A DNA stretch of 64,000 bases from an uncultured virus (IMG/VR IMGVR_UViG_3300017643_000059) (IMGVR_UViG_3300017643_000059), one strand, 5' to 3'; counted from the first letter of the stretch, positions 25,249 through 35,797 are shown. Translations and numbers: made by a program. The notes: a model not told the origin generated them from the sequence alone.

Positions 25249-26812
25249 CGTTTGTTCTTCGACAACGCACCTCGACAAGCCCGGGCGCTCCCAATGTGAT
25301 TCGCTCGGTAAACCCAAGTCCATTGATATTTTTCATATCATATGCCCCGGTTTTGCTCGACCACCCAGAGCCCGATCCATACACGCGATACTGAATTTCC
25401 CACATTACTGTGCGGTTCTTTTTGCTTCCGCTGTCCTTGTAACCGCAAATACCGTTCGGGAAGAAAAAGTTAACCTCAAACATATCGACGGTTTCATTTT
25501 CCGGGCATGCCAGGAATGGGCCCATCCAGTTATCATTTTTGTTCATGCCTGATGCGTCGAAGTCCAGGACGGTACGGGGCGAGAATCCAGGCCAGGTTAA
25601 ATCGACCACACCACCAACAAGACGTTGTAGCGTCAGGCTTGTTCCATCGATCTCAGTGACTTTGTATTCGTATCCGGCATGAGACAGGGATAGCCTGATA
25701 AGCCCTTCAGGGATCCCAGTGAATGCCGTACCCGTTGCGCTTTCATAGGCCAGCGTGACGGATGCCGTAACCTCATCTGTTGTCGGCGTCGCATCAGCAT
25801 GTGGGGTGTAGGATGCGATATACAAATCGTAATCGACGCTGTTGTACCAGAGCGTCACCGGCATGCCGACATATGGATTAATTTCTGCCAGCGCGTTACT
25901 GGTAATGCGACTGTGGGGGCCGTCATTCGTGACAACGAATGAATCCGGCACAATCAACTCAATGACCGACCCAACAACAATGGATGGAGGAAGGTCATTT
26001 GTTGCCGGATCACCATCACTAGTGCTCAGGCCATTAAATGTAATCGTTGCACCTGATACTGTCAGAGACGTAGCAACAACATCATCCGTATCCGGTGCAG
26101 TCTGAGCCATATCCAGCCCTGCCCCTGATGATGTGCCACCCACCTCAGTAGAGTTGAACCAATTTTCGCTGCGGCGATCGCCAGCAACATTGGCACCTGG
26201 CTGGTAGACAGTATCAGAATAGCCATCACCCAAAGAGCTTACTGGCGTAGACCCCACCCGCTTGTCACCAGCACCAAAAGAAAAATTACCAACCCCGAGA
26301 GAAACGAACATTTCTACCGTCATTTTTGTCGGGTCACTGGCATCAAAGCGGGTCACCGGCTGCACCACATAATCGGGATAAATGCGGCGGCGGCCAAACA
26401 GCTCACGGATCGGATCCCCAAGTTTTGCCCTGTTCGCCTTTGCCGGGTTTACATCAAGGCTGTTACCAGTGCCCGAGGAATAACTGCCTGGGTCAGCAGC
26501 GCCGGGGGCGAAGAACAGGGCATATGCTACAGAGGCTACTGATACCGCAACAGCGATCCAGGCCAGTGTTCCCACTTCAAGTCCATGCGGAACTGGATAA
26601 ATCCTGACATCACTGGCCGGGCTGATTGCGTAATCAAACCATGCTGCAGCCGGTATATTTTCTCCGTCAACCTCTATGGCGATCGGGTGCTTCATGTCAG
26701 CACGATAACCTTCCACATTGCGCTTCAACCACTGGTGAATAGTTGTAGCGCCGTGCTCATGCTTTTCCAGCGGTTCGCCCGGGAGCCGGGAGGGATAAAT
26801 TCGAATCGTCAC
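25249..26812 (-). pseudogene. Central tail-tip/host-specificity protein (J-like), 5' part
   Basis: Probable GTG start (VTIRIYPSRL) overlapping the NlpC stop; ends at the IS1 junction. Confidence 0.88.
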
Positions 26813-27189
26813 TGCCAGAACTCCACTTTTACAAAGCGGCGTACAAAGCGCGCCAGGGGAAGAAAGGTGACATTCATTCTCGGATTGCATTCAGCAACGT
26901 GAAGCTGGCCAGAGATATTCACGACAACAGCGACATGCGTCACGGTCGAGCCTGAGTAGCAGGCCACACCAGCGCCCTCACAGGGTTCGCAGCGTCTGAG
27001 TGATAGCATCAGCTTGCGCGCTTCGCGATTCAGTCCGCCTTCGTCTTTTGTCACTCCGGCGAAATCCGGCCATTCAGGTAAGCCAAGATCGCGCCTAACC
27101 TCATTAACGATGCCGAAACAGTCAAGTTCAGGGTAAGCGCGTCCGCCCTTCAGCCATTTGACTGAAAGGTATTTATCGGGATTAAACAT
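26809..27189 (-). CDS. NlpC/P60 tail assembly protein
   Basis: GRAYPELDCFG..THVAVV. Confidence 0.85.
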   Translation of the reverse strand: MFNPDKYLSVKWLKGGRAYPELDCFGIVNEVRRDLGLPEWPDFAGVTKDEGGLNREARKLMLSLRRCEPCEGAGVACYSGSTVTHVAVVVNISGQLHVAECNPRMNVTFLPLARFVRRFVKVEFWQ

Positions 27190-27198
27190 GGAAGCTCC

Positions 27199-27681
27199 TT
27201 AGCTCATGTATCTCAGGCCAGGATAAAACGGGAGCGTGTATCGATAGCGAGGCCAGGCCGTATCCAGTACGTTCATATATCCCGCAGTGATCTGCGCCGT
27301 AGCCCCCTTCCAGTAGCCGCTTTTGACGGTAAGCGTATACGGCGGCTCGGCTGGCAAACTCAGATCATCTGAGGTGTACTTTCTGTAAGTGATCGCCGCA
27401 CCATCAAGATTATCGAGAGCCTTCATAATGGCCGTAGATGCTTCACCATCAATGTTGCTGACAGCAAACTGCAAATCCTGTGTCCCGTCACTGTTTCTCG
27501 CCGGGAGAGCAACGGCGATTGCGCTGGCTGTAAAGGTCAACACTTCACCGGTTTCAGTTGTCGCTGTTATATCGTCGTATCCGTCGCAGAGATAAAGCAC
27601 CTCGTCGCCAATATTGATCTGCAATGTCTCGATGATGACCTCTTCTCCGCTGCTGGCATAAAGCCTGTTCAGTATGGTCAT
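27199..27681 (-). CDS. Minor tail protein (DUF1833-like)
   Basis: YASS..IETL..QDLQFAVSNI..PGL; position in the tail module. Confidence 0.8.
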   Translation of the reverse strand: MTILNRLYASSGEEVIIETLQINIGDEVLYLCDGYDDITATTETGEVLTFTASAIAVALPARNSDGTQDLQFAVSNIDGEASTAIMKALDNLDGAAITYRKYTSDDLSLPAEPPYTLTVKSGYWKGATAQITAGYMNVLDTAWPRYRYTLPFYPGLRYMS

Positions 27682-28142
27682 GATTCAGGCCACTCCCTGT
27701 TAAGCGCAATGTCGATAATGCTGCTGTTGATGATGTAGTCCGGGAACTGTGCCCATCCGTCATCCAGAACAGGACGCTTCCACAGCTCAAGAGTCCCGGA
27801 AAACTGCCAGTAAATCGGGGCAACCAGAGTCGGCCCCTGATAAATGTCAGTAAACCGGCATTTGTAGAACTGCACACCCAGCGGCGTTTGCAGCTTCATG
27901 AAGAACCAGTCAGCACCGTCGGTAATGGTTTCGTGATACCAGGCCTCAAACAACTGCGCCTGCGCATCAGTTTCCATAAACCACTGCACATTGGCCTGTG
28001 TCGGCGTCGAAATGTATGCCCGGCGCTGACGCGCGCGCCCGGTAGTCATCTCTGTTCGCTTTAACGGGCTGATGGGTTGAAACGCATAACCGTCCTGCAG
28101 CGGCATAGGCAGGTAATCATGAGGGTAATATTTTTCAGCCAT
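27678..28142 (-). CDS. Distal tail protein
   Basis: RTEMTTGRARQRR..GADWF; follows the tape measure gene. Confidence 0.75.
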   Translation of the reverse strand: MAEKYYPHDYLPMPLQDGYAFQPISPLKRTEMTTGRARQRRAYISTPTQANVQWFMETDAQAQLFEAWYHETITDGADWFFMKLQTPLGVQFYKCRFTDIYQGPTLVAPIYWQFSGTLELWKRPVLDDGWAQFPDYIINSSIIDIALNREWPES

Positions 28143-31045
28143 CAGGTTGTCCTCCGTCCGCTATACATACCCCTCATTGCATTACCTACCTTACCGTTTC
28201 CCTTTACGATTTGATTGGCAACCTGATCCAGTGCGTCGCTGGTGGCCTGTTTCTGAGTTTGTGCCAGAGAGACATTCATCTGATACGGGGATACCCCCTG
28301 CTGAATATTGAAGTTCTGTGTTATTGGTGCGTTCATCGTCATTGCCTGACTGTTGTCATTGCTGACGTTCTGCGCACCGGTACCAAAACCTGGCTTACTG
28401 AGCGTGGCATCCAGAGAACCACCATTGCGCAGTGCCTCAAGATTCGATACGCCGATCCGGTTGGTTGCAGCCTGGTCAAAAACATACTCACCTTTATGCA
28501 CTATCCCGGCGGGCTGGTACTTTCCGCCCTGCCCTGTAAAACCACCAGAAGCAAATCCTGTCCCGGCGATAGCTGACAGATTTGAAACGATGCTGGCAGT
28601 AGCGGCTGCAACTGATGCCATAGCGGCGATGTTGTACGGGAACGGGTTGGCGGCCGCCATCGCAATACCCTGCTGGATGGATACCAGCGACTGCGCAATA
28701 GCGAATGCCTTGCTGGCGGCGAACGCTGCTTTATAAATCCCGGACTGTTCACCGAAGCCTGTCGCCAGAATCTGCAGACCGCTGTCAATCATGGTTTGCG
28801 TCGCGCTGGTGATGATTTCGTTTTTCTGGGATTCGATTACCTGGTTGGCCTGCGCTGCCTGCTGACGGATTGCCGTCATGCGCGCTTCGCCTTCCGTGGT
28901 AATTTGCGCGGCCTGGGCATATGCTGCTTCCTGCGCCTGCAACCATGCCTGTAATTGCTGCTGCGCCTGGTCAAGCTGCATAAACTGCTGCTGCATGCCT
29001 CCGAACGTACCGGATAACTGGCCTCCGGTCGGCGCGAGGTTACCGACGACGCTTTTTACAGACGGCGGAAGGGTGACAGGCGTGTTTTTGTAGATATCAG
29101 CGCGGGTTTTATCGTATTCGCCAGGTGCGAGTTTTCCGGTCGCTTTTGCCTTTTCCAGCAAGTCCAGGCGCTCTTTCAGCAAATCGTTCTGCTGCTCATC
29201 CTTGTTTTTCACCTGCTCCTGCATTTTCCGGTAATCATCGAGCGTTTTTACCTGGTTACTCAGCGCTTCCTGCGCCTTATACGCCTGCAATATTTCGTCA
29301 GAACGAGCCAGAAGCGATTTCTGATCGGCTGTGAGCTGGGTTTTCGATTTCAGGTCGGCAATCTGCTGTTCGAACTTCACGCGTGCCTGTGTAGCGCTGG
29401 TGAGCTTATCGCTCGCATCAAGTTGCGACTGCATAGCGGATGTCTGCTGGTTAATCTGATCAAGCAGTCGTGTCGCTGCATCTTCGCTATAGGCTTTACC
29501 CTTCGGTGCCTTCGGCGCTTTAGGGTCTTTGTACATCTCGTTAATACGGGCCGTGTTTTTGGCGTACTGTTCCGCACTGATGGCACCAGCGTCCAGAAAC
29601 TTTTTCTGCTCCTGAATGGCTTTAGTGCGTTTATCGGCGTTGGTCAGATACTGCTTGTTAACGAGATCGGCTTCCTGCTGTATTTTGATGCTTTTCTGTT
29701 CAGCCTGATTATGCTTTGTAATAGCGTCAGATAGCACATCCTCAGTGGTTATTTGCGCCTGAAGGGCATCGCGCTTTTTAATCATACCCTCAAGATCATA
29801 GCCATTACTGTTGGCTACAAACCTGTTCCAGACACCACCTTCAGCCTGCCGTTTCTGAGCGTCAGCAATGCTTTCATTTAACGTGGCGAGTTTATCGGCA
29901 ACGGTTTGTTCTCGGCCAACGTTGAGCATGGTGTCCCATGCACCTTTAGCCGCACTTGAAAGGCTATGCCATGCCTGTTCCAGTAGTCCCAGATTCTGCT
30001 GAATATCAGCAGAACGCTGCTGCATGGCGTTTGCATAAGCATCTGTCGCAACGCGAGCGGCTTCCTGTTGATTCCCCTCATCCTGGAGGGCTTTAATCTG
30101 GTTGTAAGTAGCCAGGGTCAGGAAGTGATACTGGTCATTGAGCTTTGTGATTGCATCCAGTGGGTCAGCGGCAATTTTGTTGAAATCACCAACAAGCTGA
30201 TCTGTTGCGATACCAGTGGCTTCACTCGTTTTTAAAACAGCGGTTGTCACTCGCTCCAGTGAATCGCCAGCAACCTTACCTGACTCAACCAGTTGATTCA
30301 GTACAGATGCCGCAGCACCCGTGGTTGAATTTGCTGCTACTCCGGCACGCGCGGCAACATCAGCCAGTTGCCCGGACGTTTTTCCGATGGTATTGCCCGT
30401 AAGGATAAGCGATTTATTAAACGCGTCCTGTTCCTGGCTGCCCTGGTAATATGCCAGGCCAAGAACGCCTACAGCGACGGCGGCCAGTGTAAATGGATTC
30501 ACCAGCCCCATAATATAAGAGCCAACACCTTTAATCGCCGGGCCGATGCCGCCAAACATATCTTTCAGCTGGCCGCCCTGCTGCATCAGAACCATGAACG
30601 GTGACTGACCAGTAGACAGACCGACAACAATATCTGTCATCTGAGCGGGGATCAGGCGCATCGCCCATGCAGTTTGCTTTGCCGACATGCCGGTCTTTTT
30701 CAGTTGATCTGAAAAACCACCAAGACGAGTGCGAGCCTCTTCAATTTTTTTCGAATAAACATCAAAGGTCTCATCGTCCAGCATTCCTTTGGACTTGAAT
30801 TTCGCGAGCTGTTGTTGCTGTTTGTCCAGTTTGTTCAGCGCAGCGTTGACCGGATCTATTCGGTCAAGAAGGTCAGATAAAGCGGCAGATTCTTCTTCTG
30901 TCGCCTTAGTCACCTTCCCTGCGCTGGCTGCAGCTTTCTGCCCCCACTCAGTCAATCCACTGAGAGCACTAGTCAGGCTTTCAGCATTCTTCTCTGCGCC
31001 GGTGCTATCAATAATTATAGCGAGGCGGGATGTCTGTTCTGACAT
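28142..31045 (-). CDS. Tail tape measure protein (lambda-type)
   Basis: QMTDIVVGL..QQGGQLKDMFGG; Ala/Gln-rich, 967 aa. Confidence 0.93.
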   Translation of the reverse strand: MSEQTSRLAIIIDSTGAEKNAESLTSALSGLTEWGQKAAASAGKVTKATEEESAALSDLLDRIDPVNAALNKLDKQQQQLAKFKSKGMLDDETFDVYSKKIEEARTRLGGFSDQLKKTGMSAKQTAWAMRLIPAQMTDIVVGLSTGQSPFMVLMQQGGQLKDMFGGIGPAIKGVGSYIMGLVNPFTLAAVAVGVLGLAYYQGSQEQDAFNKSLILTGNTIGKTSGQLADVAARAGVAANSTTGAAASVLNQLVESGKVAGDSLERVTTAVLKTSEATGIATDQLVGDFNKIAADPLDAITKLNDQYHFLTLATYNQIKALQDEGNQQEAARVATDAYANAMQQRSADIQQNLGLLEQAWHSLSSAAKGAWDTMLNVGREQTVADKLATLNESIADAQKRQAEGGVWNRFVANSNGYDLEGMIKKRDALQAQITTEDVLSDAITKHNQAEQKSIKIQQEADLVNKQYLTNADKRTKAIQEQKKFLDAGAISAEQYAKNTARINEMYKDPKAPKAPKGKAYSEDAATRLLDQINQQTSAMQSQLDASDKLTSATQARVKFEQQIADLKSKTQLTADQKSLLARSDEILQAYKAQEALSNQVKTLDDYRKMQEQVKNKDEQQNDLLKERLDLLEKAKATGKLAPGEYDKTRADIYKNTPVTLPPSVKSVVGNLAPTGGQLSGTFGGMQQQFMQLDQAQQQLQAWLQAQEAAYAQAAQITTEGEARMTAIRQQAAQANQVIESQKNEIITSATQTMIDSGLQILATGFGEQSGIYKAAFAASKAFAIAQSLVSIQQGIAMAAANPFPYNIAAMASVAAATASIVSNLSAIAGTGFASGGFTGQGGKYQPAGIVHKGEYVFDQAATNRIGVSNLEALRNGGSLDATLSKPGFGTGAQNVSNDNSQAMTMNAPITQNFNIQQGVSPYQMNVSLAQTQKQATSDALDQVANQIVKGNGKVGNAMRGMYSGRRTT

Positions 31046-31060
31046 TGCGATCTCCGGGCA

Positions 31061-31089
31061 TAAAAAAACCCACCATTTGGTGGGTTTTT
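31061..31089. terminator. Bidirectional terminator of the moron
   Basis: AAAAAAACCCACCA-TT-TGGTGGGTTTTT. Confidence 0.8.
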
Positions 31090-31102
31090 CATTGACTTAA
31101 AG

Positions 31103-31474
31103 TTATTTTTTCGTTGAGGCGACTTTAAAGTGAGTCCATTCTTTAATTAAAAAGAGTAATGCACAATCACCATCATCATTCCATACTGCCTGTTTCAGGC
31201 CCCAATAAAAACGATGAACAGTTTTTCCTGCGTCGTTCGTAGTGGTTGTGTCTGTGCCGCCTTGCGTCCAGAGGGAAACAAAATCACCTTTTTTCACTTT
31301 CTTATCTGGGAACCAGAACGTATGCCTTACCTTATTAGAGATCCTGTTTTCAGAGGTATATGTGCTATCAGCAAGCATGTATGCTCCAATATCACAATCT
31401 GCAACAACTTCTAATAATACACATTCGCTTTTATAGTCCCCATGCCCGCTAATTTTTGAGATTCTCACGTCCAT
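31103..31474 (-). CDS. Lamin-tail-domain-like protein (moron)
   Basis: E.V.L..F.FP..V..G..V..WT..VWNDDGD.ALL pattern; AT-rich, AAGGAG RBS. Confidence 0.65.
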   Translation of the reverse strand: MDVRISKISGHGDYKSECVLLEVVADCDIGAYMLADSTYTSENRISNKVRHTFWFPDKKVKKGDFVSLWTQGGTDTTTTNDAGKTVHRFYWGLKQAVWNDDGDCALLFLIKEWTHFKVASTKK

Positions 31475-31557
31475 TAAAACTCTCCTTGCTGTGTGAAACT
31501 TAAGAAGTTAGCACCCCAATATTTAAGGTAAAAGAGAGGGAGTGAAAGTATGATAAT

Positions 31558-31911
31558 TCACGCACGATTCTGAAGCTGTTTTTCTTTCTGTTCCTGCGCC
31601 CAGCGCTCACGCCATGCGTCATCGAGGGCAAATATCGCAGCGTCAAATTCATCACGATCAATAAGAATGGGTCTGGCAGAAAGAAAGCGCTCAATATCAT
31701 GAAGTGAGATCGGCAGTGGAGCACCGGCCATGCCGGCATAAAGCCGGGATCGGGAAATAACTGAGTAGGCGTTGAGGATTTCCCCTGTCACACCGTCAAT
31801 TTCAGGTTCTGGGATTGGTGGGAGTTTTAATTTCTCCCTTCGCCACTTTGCCTTGTCTCCCTGCTCCCCGCTGAACTCACTCAACCACTTTTGTGCTTCG
31901 ATTACTTTTTT
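31558..31911 (-). CDS. Tail assembly chaperone GT extension (-1 frameshift frame)
   Basis: The -1 frame is open from A AAA AAG (31905-31911): KVIEAQKWLSEFSGEQ.. Confidence 0.8.
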   Translation of the reverse strand, partial: KKVIEAQKWLSEFSGEQGDKAKWRREKLKLPPIPEPEIDGVTGEILNAYSVISRSRLYAGMAGAPLPISLHDIERFLSARPILIDRDEFDAAIFALDDAWRERWAQEQKEKQLQNRA

Positions 31912-32348
31912 ACGGTTTCCTGCTTTTGCTCTTCTTTCCCGCTAGCTATCTCGGCAGCGACAGCCAGAATCTGCCAGTAGAACTCAGGTCGTTGTTTCAG
32001 GAGAGCGGCTCCCTTTTCAGGTGTGTATTCAATGGCGATCTCTTTGCCGTCCACCAGCTCTCCGACGCCTTCCCAGTCAGTCAACAGATACTGCGCACAG
32101 TTGTCGATGAGCAGATTGTCCATTGAATCAATATCGCCAACAGCGGAAAGGTCAAACTCATTCGTACCAGCCTTATATACCGCGTCCAGTTTTTCAATAT
32201 GGCGGCGCACAAGTGCATTTCTGGAGCGATATTGCGGATTTTCGATACTGCAGACCTTCAGGCTAAGGCCTTCAACCGGTTTAAGCTCAAGCACTGGCGT
32301 GAACCAGCGTTCGCCGCCAATATCGATGCGAGGGGTAATAATTAACAT
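31902..32348 (-). CDS. Tail assembly chaperone G
   Basis: Lies between the major tail and tape measure genes; ends at a slippery site. Confidence 0.82.
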   Translation of the reverse strand: MLIITPRIDIGGERWFTPVLELKPVEGLSLKVCSIENPQYRSRNALVRRHIEKLDAVYKAGTNEFDLSAVGDIDSMDNLLIDNCAQYLLTDWEGVGELVDGKEIAIEYTPEKGAALLKQRPEFYWQILAVAAEIASGKEEQKQETVKK

Positions 32349-32405
32349 TGATACTCCTGATATGAAAAAGCCCGCCACGCTGTCATAGCGTAACGGGCTG
32401 GTTGA

Positions 32406-33578
32406 TCACGGTGCAGTAACAGTAATGGTTGAGATCGCAGTGAAAGTTCGTACCTTCCCGGTGATTGTTGCACTGCCTTCAGCATGGCGCGTTACCTGGG
32501 CAGTTTTCTGCCCCGTTGACACCACGGACGCGATAGCCGGATCAGAAGATACCCACTGCACCACATCAGTTGCACCGGCAGGAGTTAAAGTTGCCGTCAG
32601 AGTAGCGGTAGTCCCGACATTGCCGGAGGAAGTGGCTGGCGCAACGCTGATTGCCGTAGCTGGTACCGTAACGGCGCGCGTTACAGTCGGAGAGACATCG
32701 GCTGCAGTGATATCCAGCTGAACCTGGATAATGTCAGTGTTGCCACCGTCCGGCCAGTCACCTGCAACCTGTACTTTAGGGAATGAGAACGTGTACTGCC
32801 CTTCGTCATTCGCCAGGGTGAAGCTGAAAGGTACGGTTGCGCCAGTAAGCGTTTTACTCCAGACCGCCCATGCTGCTTTAGACCAGGATAAGGTGATCGA
32901 CCCTTTCGGCGTGAAAGTCGTCGGGATATTGGCACCGGCGAACGGCGAACCGGTACCGATGCAGCGCTGCGTCTGCATGTTGTTGTCGAACTGAATGTTG
33001 AAGGTGTCGATGCAGAAACCATCACCACCGTCGACACCGTTCAGGTTTATCGCAGTGACCTCTTTGAACGAGTAACGCAGTTCGCCAGCGTTATCCGCAG
33101 GGGTGCCAGTGATATAGTTCGTATCGTCCGCTTTTGAGTCCCAGCCCAGCCCGGCGAATGTGACTGTCGCGGTAACGTCGCCATCATTCGGAACTTCCAA
33201 CTGAAACACGCTTACCTGCGCACCACGAACGATAGAGGCAATACCAACATCCGAAGCGTATGTCGCGAGAGAGAACGTGATGCGGTCGTTACCCATCGTC
33301 AGACTGTCACTAACCCAGTCAGCACCAAAGCAGGATGCCAGGAACGCATCATGCTGCCCCCAGCGAAATTTCGTTCCCACATCACCGCCGACATCAACAG
33401 TTCCCAGCGTAGCACCCTGCGCCATGCGGGTGCCGCCGATTTCGTCGTTATCGTTGGTGTTCTGGGACGGTTTCACACCCCAGCTTGAACGTTTGAGAAG
33501 GTTCCAGATACCCGTGGGTGTAATTCCTGGTGTCGTTTCCCGGATAAAGGCCGAGATCACCTTAGCGCCTGAACTCAC
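32406..33578 (-). CDS. Major tail tube protein with C-terminal Ig-like domain
   Basis: MSSGAKV..RETTPG; Big_2-like end WVSSDPAIASV. Confidence 0.88.
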   Translation of the reverse strand: MSSGAKVISAFIRETTPGITPTGIWNLLKRSSWGVKPSQNTNDNDEIGGTRMAQGATLGTVDVGGDVGTKFRWGQHDAFLASCFGADWVSDSLTMGNDRITFSLATYASDVGIASIVRGAQVSVFQLEVPNDGDVTATVTFAGLGWDSKADDTNYITGTPADNAGELRYSFKEVTAINLNGVDGGDGFCIDTFNIQFDNNMQTQRCIGTGSPFAGANIPTTFTPKGSITLSWSKAAWAVWSKTLTGATVPFSFTLANDEGQYTFSFPKVQVAGDWPDGGNTDIIQVQLDITAADVSPTVTRAVTVPATAISVAPATSSGNVGTTATLTATLTPAGATDVVQWVSSDPAIASVVSTGQKTAQVTRHAEGSATITGKVRTFTAISTITVTAP

Positions 33579-33602
33579 AGGAGCCTCCTTAGTAGTTGTG
33601 CG

Positions 33603-33995
33603 CTACAGAGCGCGGTAAGGGATTTGAAGATTGAGCTGAGACCAGCCATCAGTTTCACCAGCAGGAACAGCAGATACGGCGAAATAACTGAGTTTCCCAT
33701 CATTCTGAAACTCAAAAAGCTCACGGAGTTTGTCGGCTGTTTGGGTGATGAGCAGCGAGCCAGAGCCAACAGGCACGAAGATCTGAATAATCAGCACACC
33801 TGTCCGCTGAACAACAGGCCCGCCACCAATTTCATTCGCGCCAGCCATGCCAGAAATGTTAGTGAATCGAGCCCAGATACCTCGACCACTCGGATCAAAT
33901 ACAGGCCCGTTGGGATAATCCACAGCATCAGCAGCAATAGCCGCCTGCGCCGTCATGCGAGCAATGACAGTGTTACGTATTTCTGTAAGGGTCAT
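33603..33995 (-). CDS. Tail terminator-like protein
   Basis: DYPN..FDP..G...IQIFVP.GSG; position in the module. Confidence 0.75.
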   Translation of the reverse strand: MTLTEIRNTVIARMTAQAAIAADAVDYPNGPVFDPSGRGIWARFTNISGMAGANEIGGGPVVQRTGVLIIQIFVPVGSGSLLITQTADKLRELFEFQNDGKLSYFAVSAVPAGETDGWSQLNLQIPYRAL

Positions 33996-34624
33996 TTGTA
34001 GGCCTGTGTTACACCATTAAATGAAACCGCATAAACGCCTGCCGGTGCCTGCTTTGAGTGCCCGTTTTCAAGCGGTACGGAATAAGGGAGATTGGACTGG
34101 ATGTAGATGACTGAATAACTTGGTGCAGCAAGAATTGTCGACGTTCCGTTATTGATGGTGTTTGCGCCATTCGGATCTGGTTCTCTGGGAACGTAATCAC
34201 TTGGCGAACCGACACTCACGAAATGAGATGCCCGAAAAGTTCCTGCGCGATAGCCCGGCGGTCGATATATCTCACCCTGCCCACGCCTTAATTTGCGTAC
34301 TCGTTGGGGGCCGAATCGCCCTGCATTACTGCTGTACTCAGCATCGGCCAGGCTAACTTTATTACCACGTTTAATCCTTTTGTTACCGCCTTTGTCAGTT
34401 TTCCCGAACCGGTCGCTATTGCGAAGGGCTTCATTGATATCATTAACCCGTTCGCGCTGCTGAACCTGCACGCTGTTGATAGCCCATATTTCAGGGTTAC
34501 CAACTGGTGACCGAATAACGATCTCATTGAGCAACTGAATAGCTATAACGCGTTGCAGTTTGCCGACATCCTCTTCCACCTTGTCAGCGAACAATGCCGG
34601 ATCAAGACTCCACGCCTTAGCCAT
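33992..34624 (-). CDS. HK97 gp10-like neck protein
   Basis: SPVG..G.FRA..NLPYSVPLENGHSKQAP. Confidence 0.75.
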   Translation of the reverse strand: MAKAWSLDPALFADKVEEDVGKLQRVIAIQLLNEIVIRSPVGNPEIWAINSVQVQQRERVNDINEALRNSDRFGKTDKGGNKRIKRGNKVSLADAEYSSNAGRFGPQRVRKLRRGQGEIYRPPGYRAGTFRASHFVSVGSPSDYVPREPDPNGANTINNGTSTILAAPSYSVIYIQSNLPYSVPLENGHSKQAPAGVYAVSFNGVTQAYK

Positions 34625-34625
34625 G

Positions 34626-35009
34626 TCACACCCTCCGCAATTGGATGGCAAAAGCAGCACCTGCAGGATCTGTTTCCACGGAAATCGCCTTGTATCGCTG
34701 TTGCTCACCAGTAACCAGGTCAGGTGCGGTGAAGGTATGATCGACTTTCGGCTTATCGGTTACTTCATTCACCAGCGCCACCAGCTCGATATCGCCTTTG
34801 ATGATGTTCACGCCGTCGATACGCTCAACGCTGTAATCAGCCAGCACGCCGCGCCCGGTATATGTAATGGTAGTTTCACCCCCGGCTTCAGTTACAGGAT
34901 CCCATCCTGACTGGATGACGTAAGAACCGGTGAAGGCATTAACAGCGTCAGAAAGGTCATCATCAAACGCAGCGGCTATTTCTGCCTGAAGTTCGTCACG
35001 AAGCCCCAT
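34626..35009 (-). CDS. Head-tail joining protein
   Basis: Position in the module; WDPVT motif. Confidence 0.65.
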   Translation of the reverse strand: MGLRDELQAEIAAAFDDDLSDAVNAFTGSYVIQSGWDPVTEAGGETTITYTGRGVLADYSVERIDGVNIIKGDIELVALVNEVTDKPKVDHTFTAPDLVTGEQQRYKAISVETDPAGAAFAIQLRRV

Positions 35010-35010
35010 A

Positions 35011-35403
35011 TCACCCCCTCACCAGCCGTATTTGCGACTGATTAACTCCGTAAGGCTTCAACAGTGCCAGGGCGAACTGTAAATCAGGGTCGAGCAATGC
35101 AGTGCTATTGGTAGACAGTTCCGCGAATGATTTCGACACGCTGACACCTTTGGCCTCGACCGATTTACTGGTTACAACCCCAGAATCGGTTTTCTGCTGG
35201 TACAACTTCCCGGCGGCCGCCACCGAGGCGGTATATGCGCCAGCCTCTTTGACATCTTCGGGAATATTGTCGGGGCAGACGCGCAGGTTTAATCCGTTCA
35301 GCCAGGCGTTCGCCATTTTGACGGGTTTTTCTTTCTTACTGGCGTCTGTCCAGTCAGCGCCGAGGATCCGATCAACATCCGATACAGTGATGTAGGTGAT
35401 CAT
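35011..35403 (-). CDS. Head-tail adaptor protein
   Basis: YITVSDVD..IPEDVKEA..LLKPY; position in the module. Confidence 0.65.
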   Translation of the reverse strand: MITYITVSDVDRILGADWTDASKKEKPVKMANAWLNGLNLRVCPDNIPEDVKEAGAYTASVAAAGKLYQQKTDSGVVTSKSVEAKGVSVSKSFAELSTNSTALLDPDLQFALALLKPYGVNQSQIRLVRG

Positions 35404-35406
35404 GAA

Positions 35407-35748
35407 TCACTCCTCGATGCGCCAGCCTGATGCCTTCCAGTTTTCAACTTCGTCAGGATGAACATCAGCGGATGTGGGTGCGCCGGGGAATGCAGGGTAT
35501 TCCGTAAACATAGCTACCAGCTCAACCTGCTGCTGTTCCTGCTGCTGTTCCTGCTGCTGTTCCTGCTGCTGTTCCTGCTGCTGTTCCTGCTGCTGTTCCT
35601 GCTGCTGTTCCTGCTGCTGTTCCTGCTGCTGTTCCTGCTGCTGTTCCTGCTGCTGTTCCTGCTGGGCAGGATTTTGTTGAGCGTTATTCTGCAAAGCAAG
35701 TTTTTCCACCTCACGCTGTGCGCGCTGCTCTTTGGTCAGTCCGGCCAT
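35407..35748 (-). CDS. Hypothetical head-region protein with a QQQE tract
   Basis: GGAGG RBS; C-terminal ADVHPDEVENWK. Confidence 0.7.
   Translation of the reverse strand: MAGLTKEQRAQREVEKLALQNNAQQNPAQQEQQQEQQQEQQQEQQQEQQQEQQQEQQQEQQQEQQQEQQQEQQQVELVAMFTEYPAFPGAPTSADVHPDEVENWKASGWRIEE
35527..35664. repeat. Perfect 12-bp tandem repeat (CTGCTGCTGTTC) x11.5
   Basis: Counted directly in the sequence. Confidence 0.97.
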
Positions 35749-35797
35749 AAGCCCTCCAAAAGGAAAAGGGGCCGAAGCCCCTTAGTGAATGGTTGTG

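Noticed and set aside
35527..35664. Possible CRISPR array
   Set aside because: Head-to-tail repeats with no spacers and no cas genes. No CRISPR array, reverse transcriptase, tRNA or rRNA was seen anywhere in the window.
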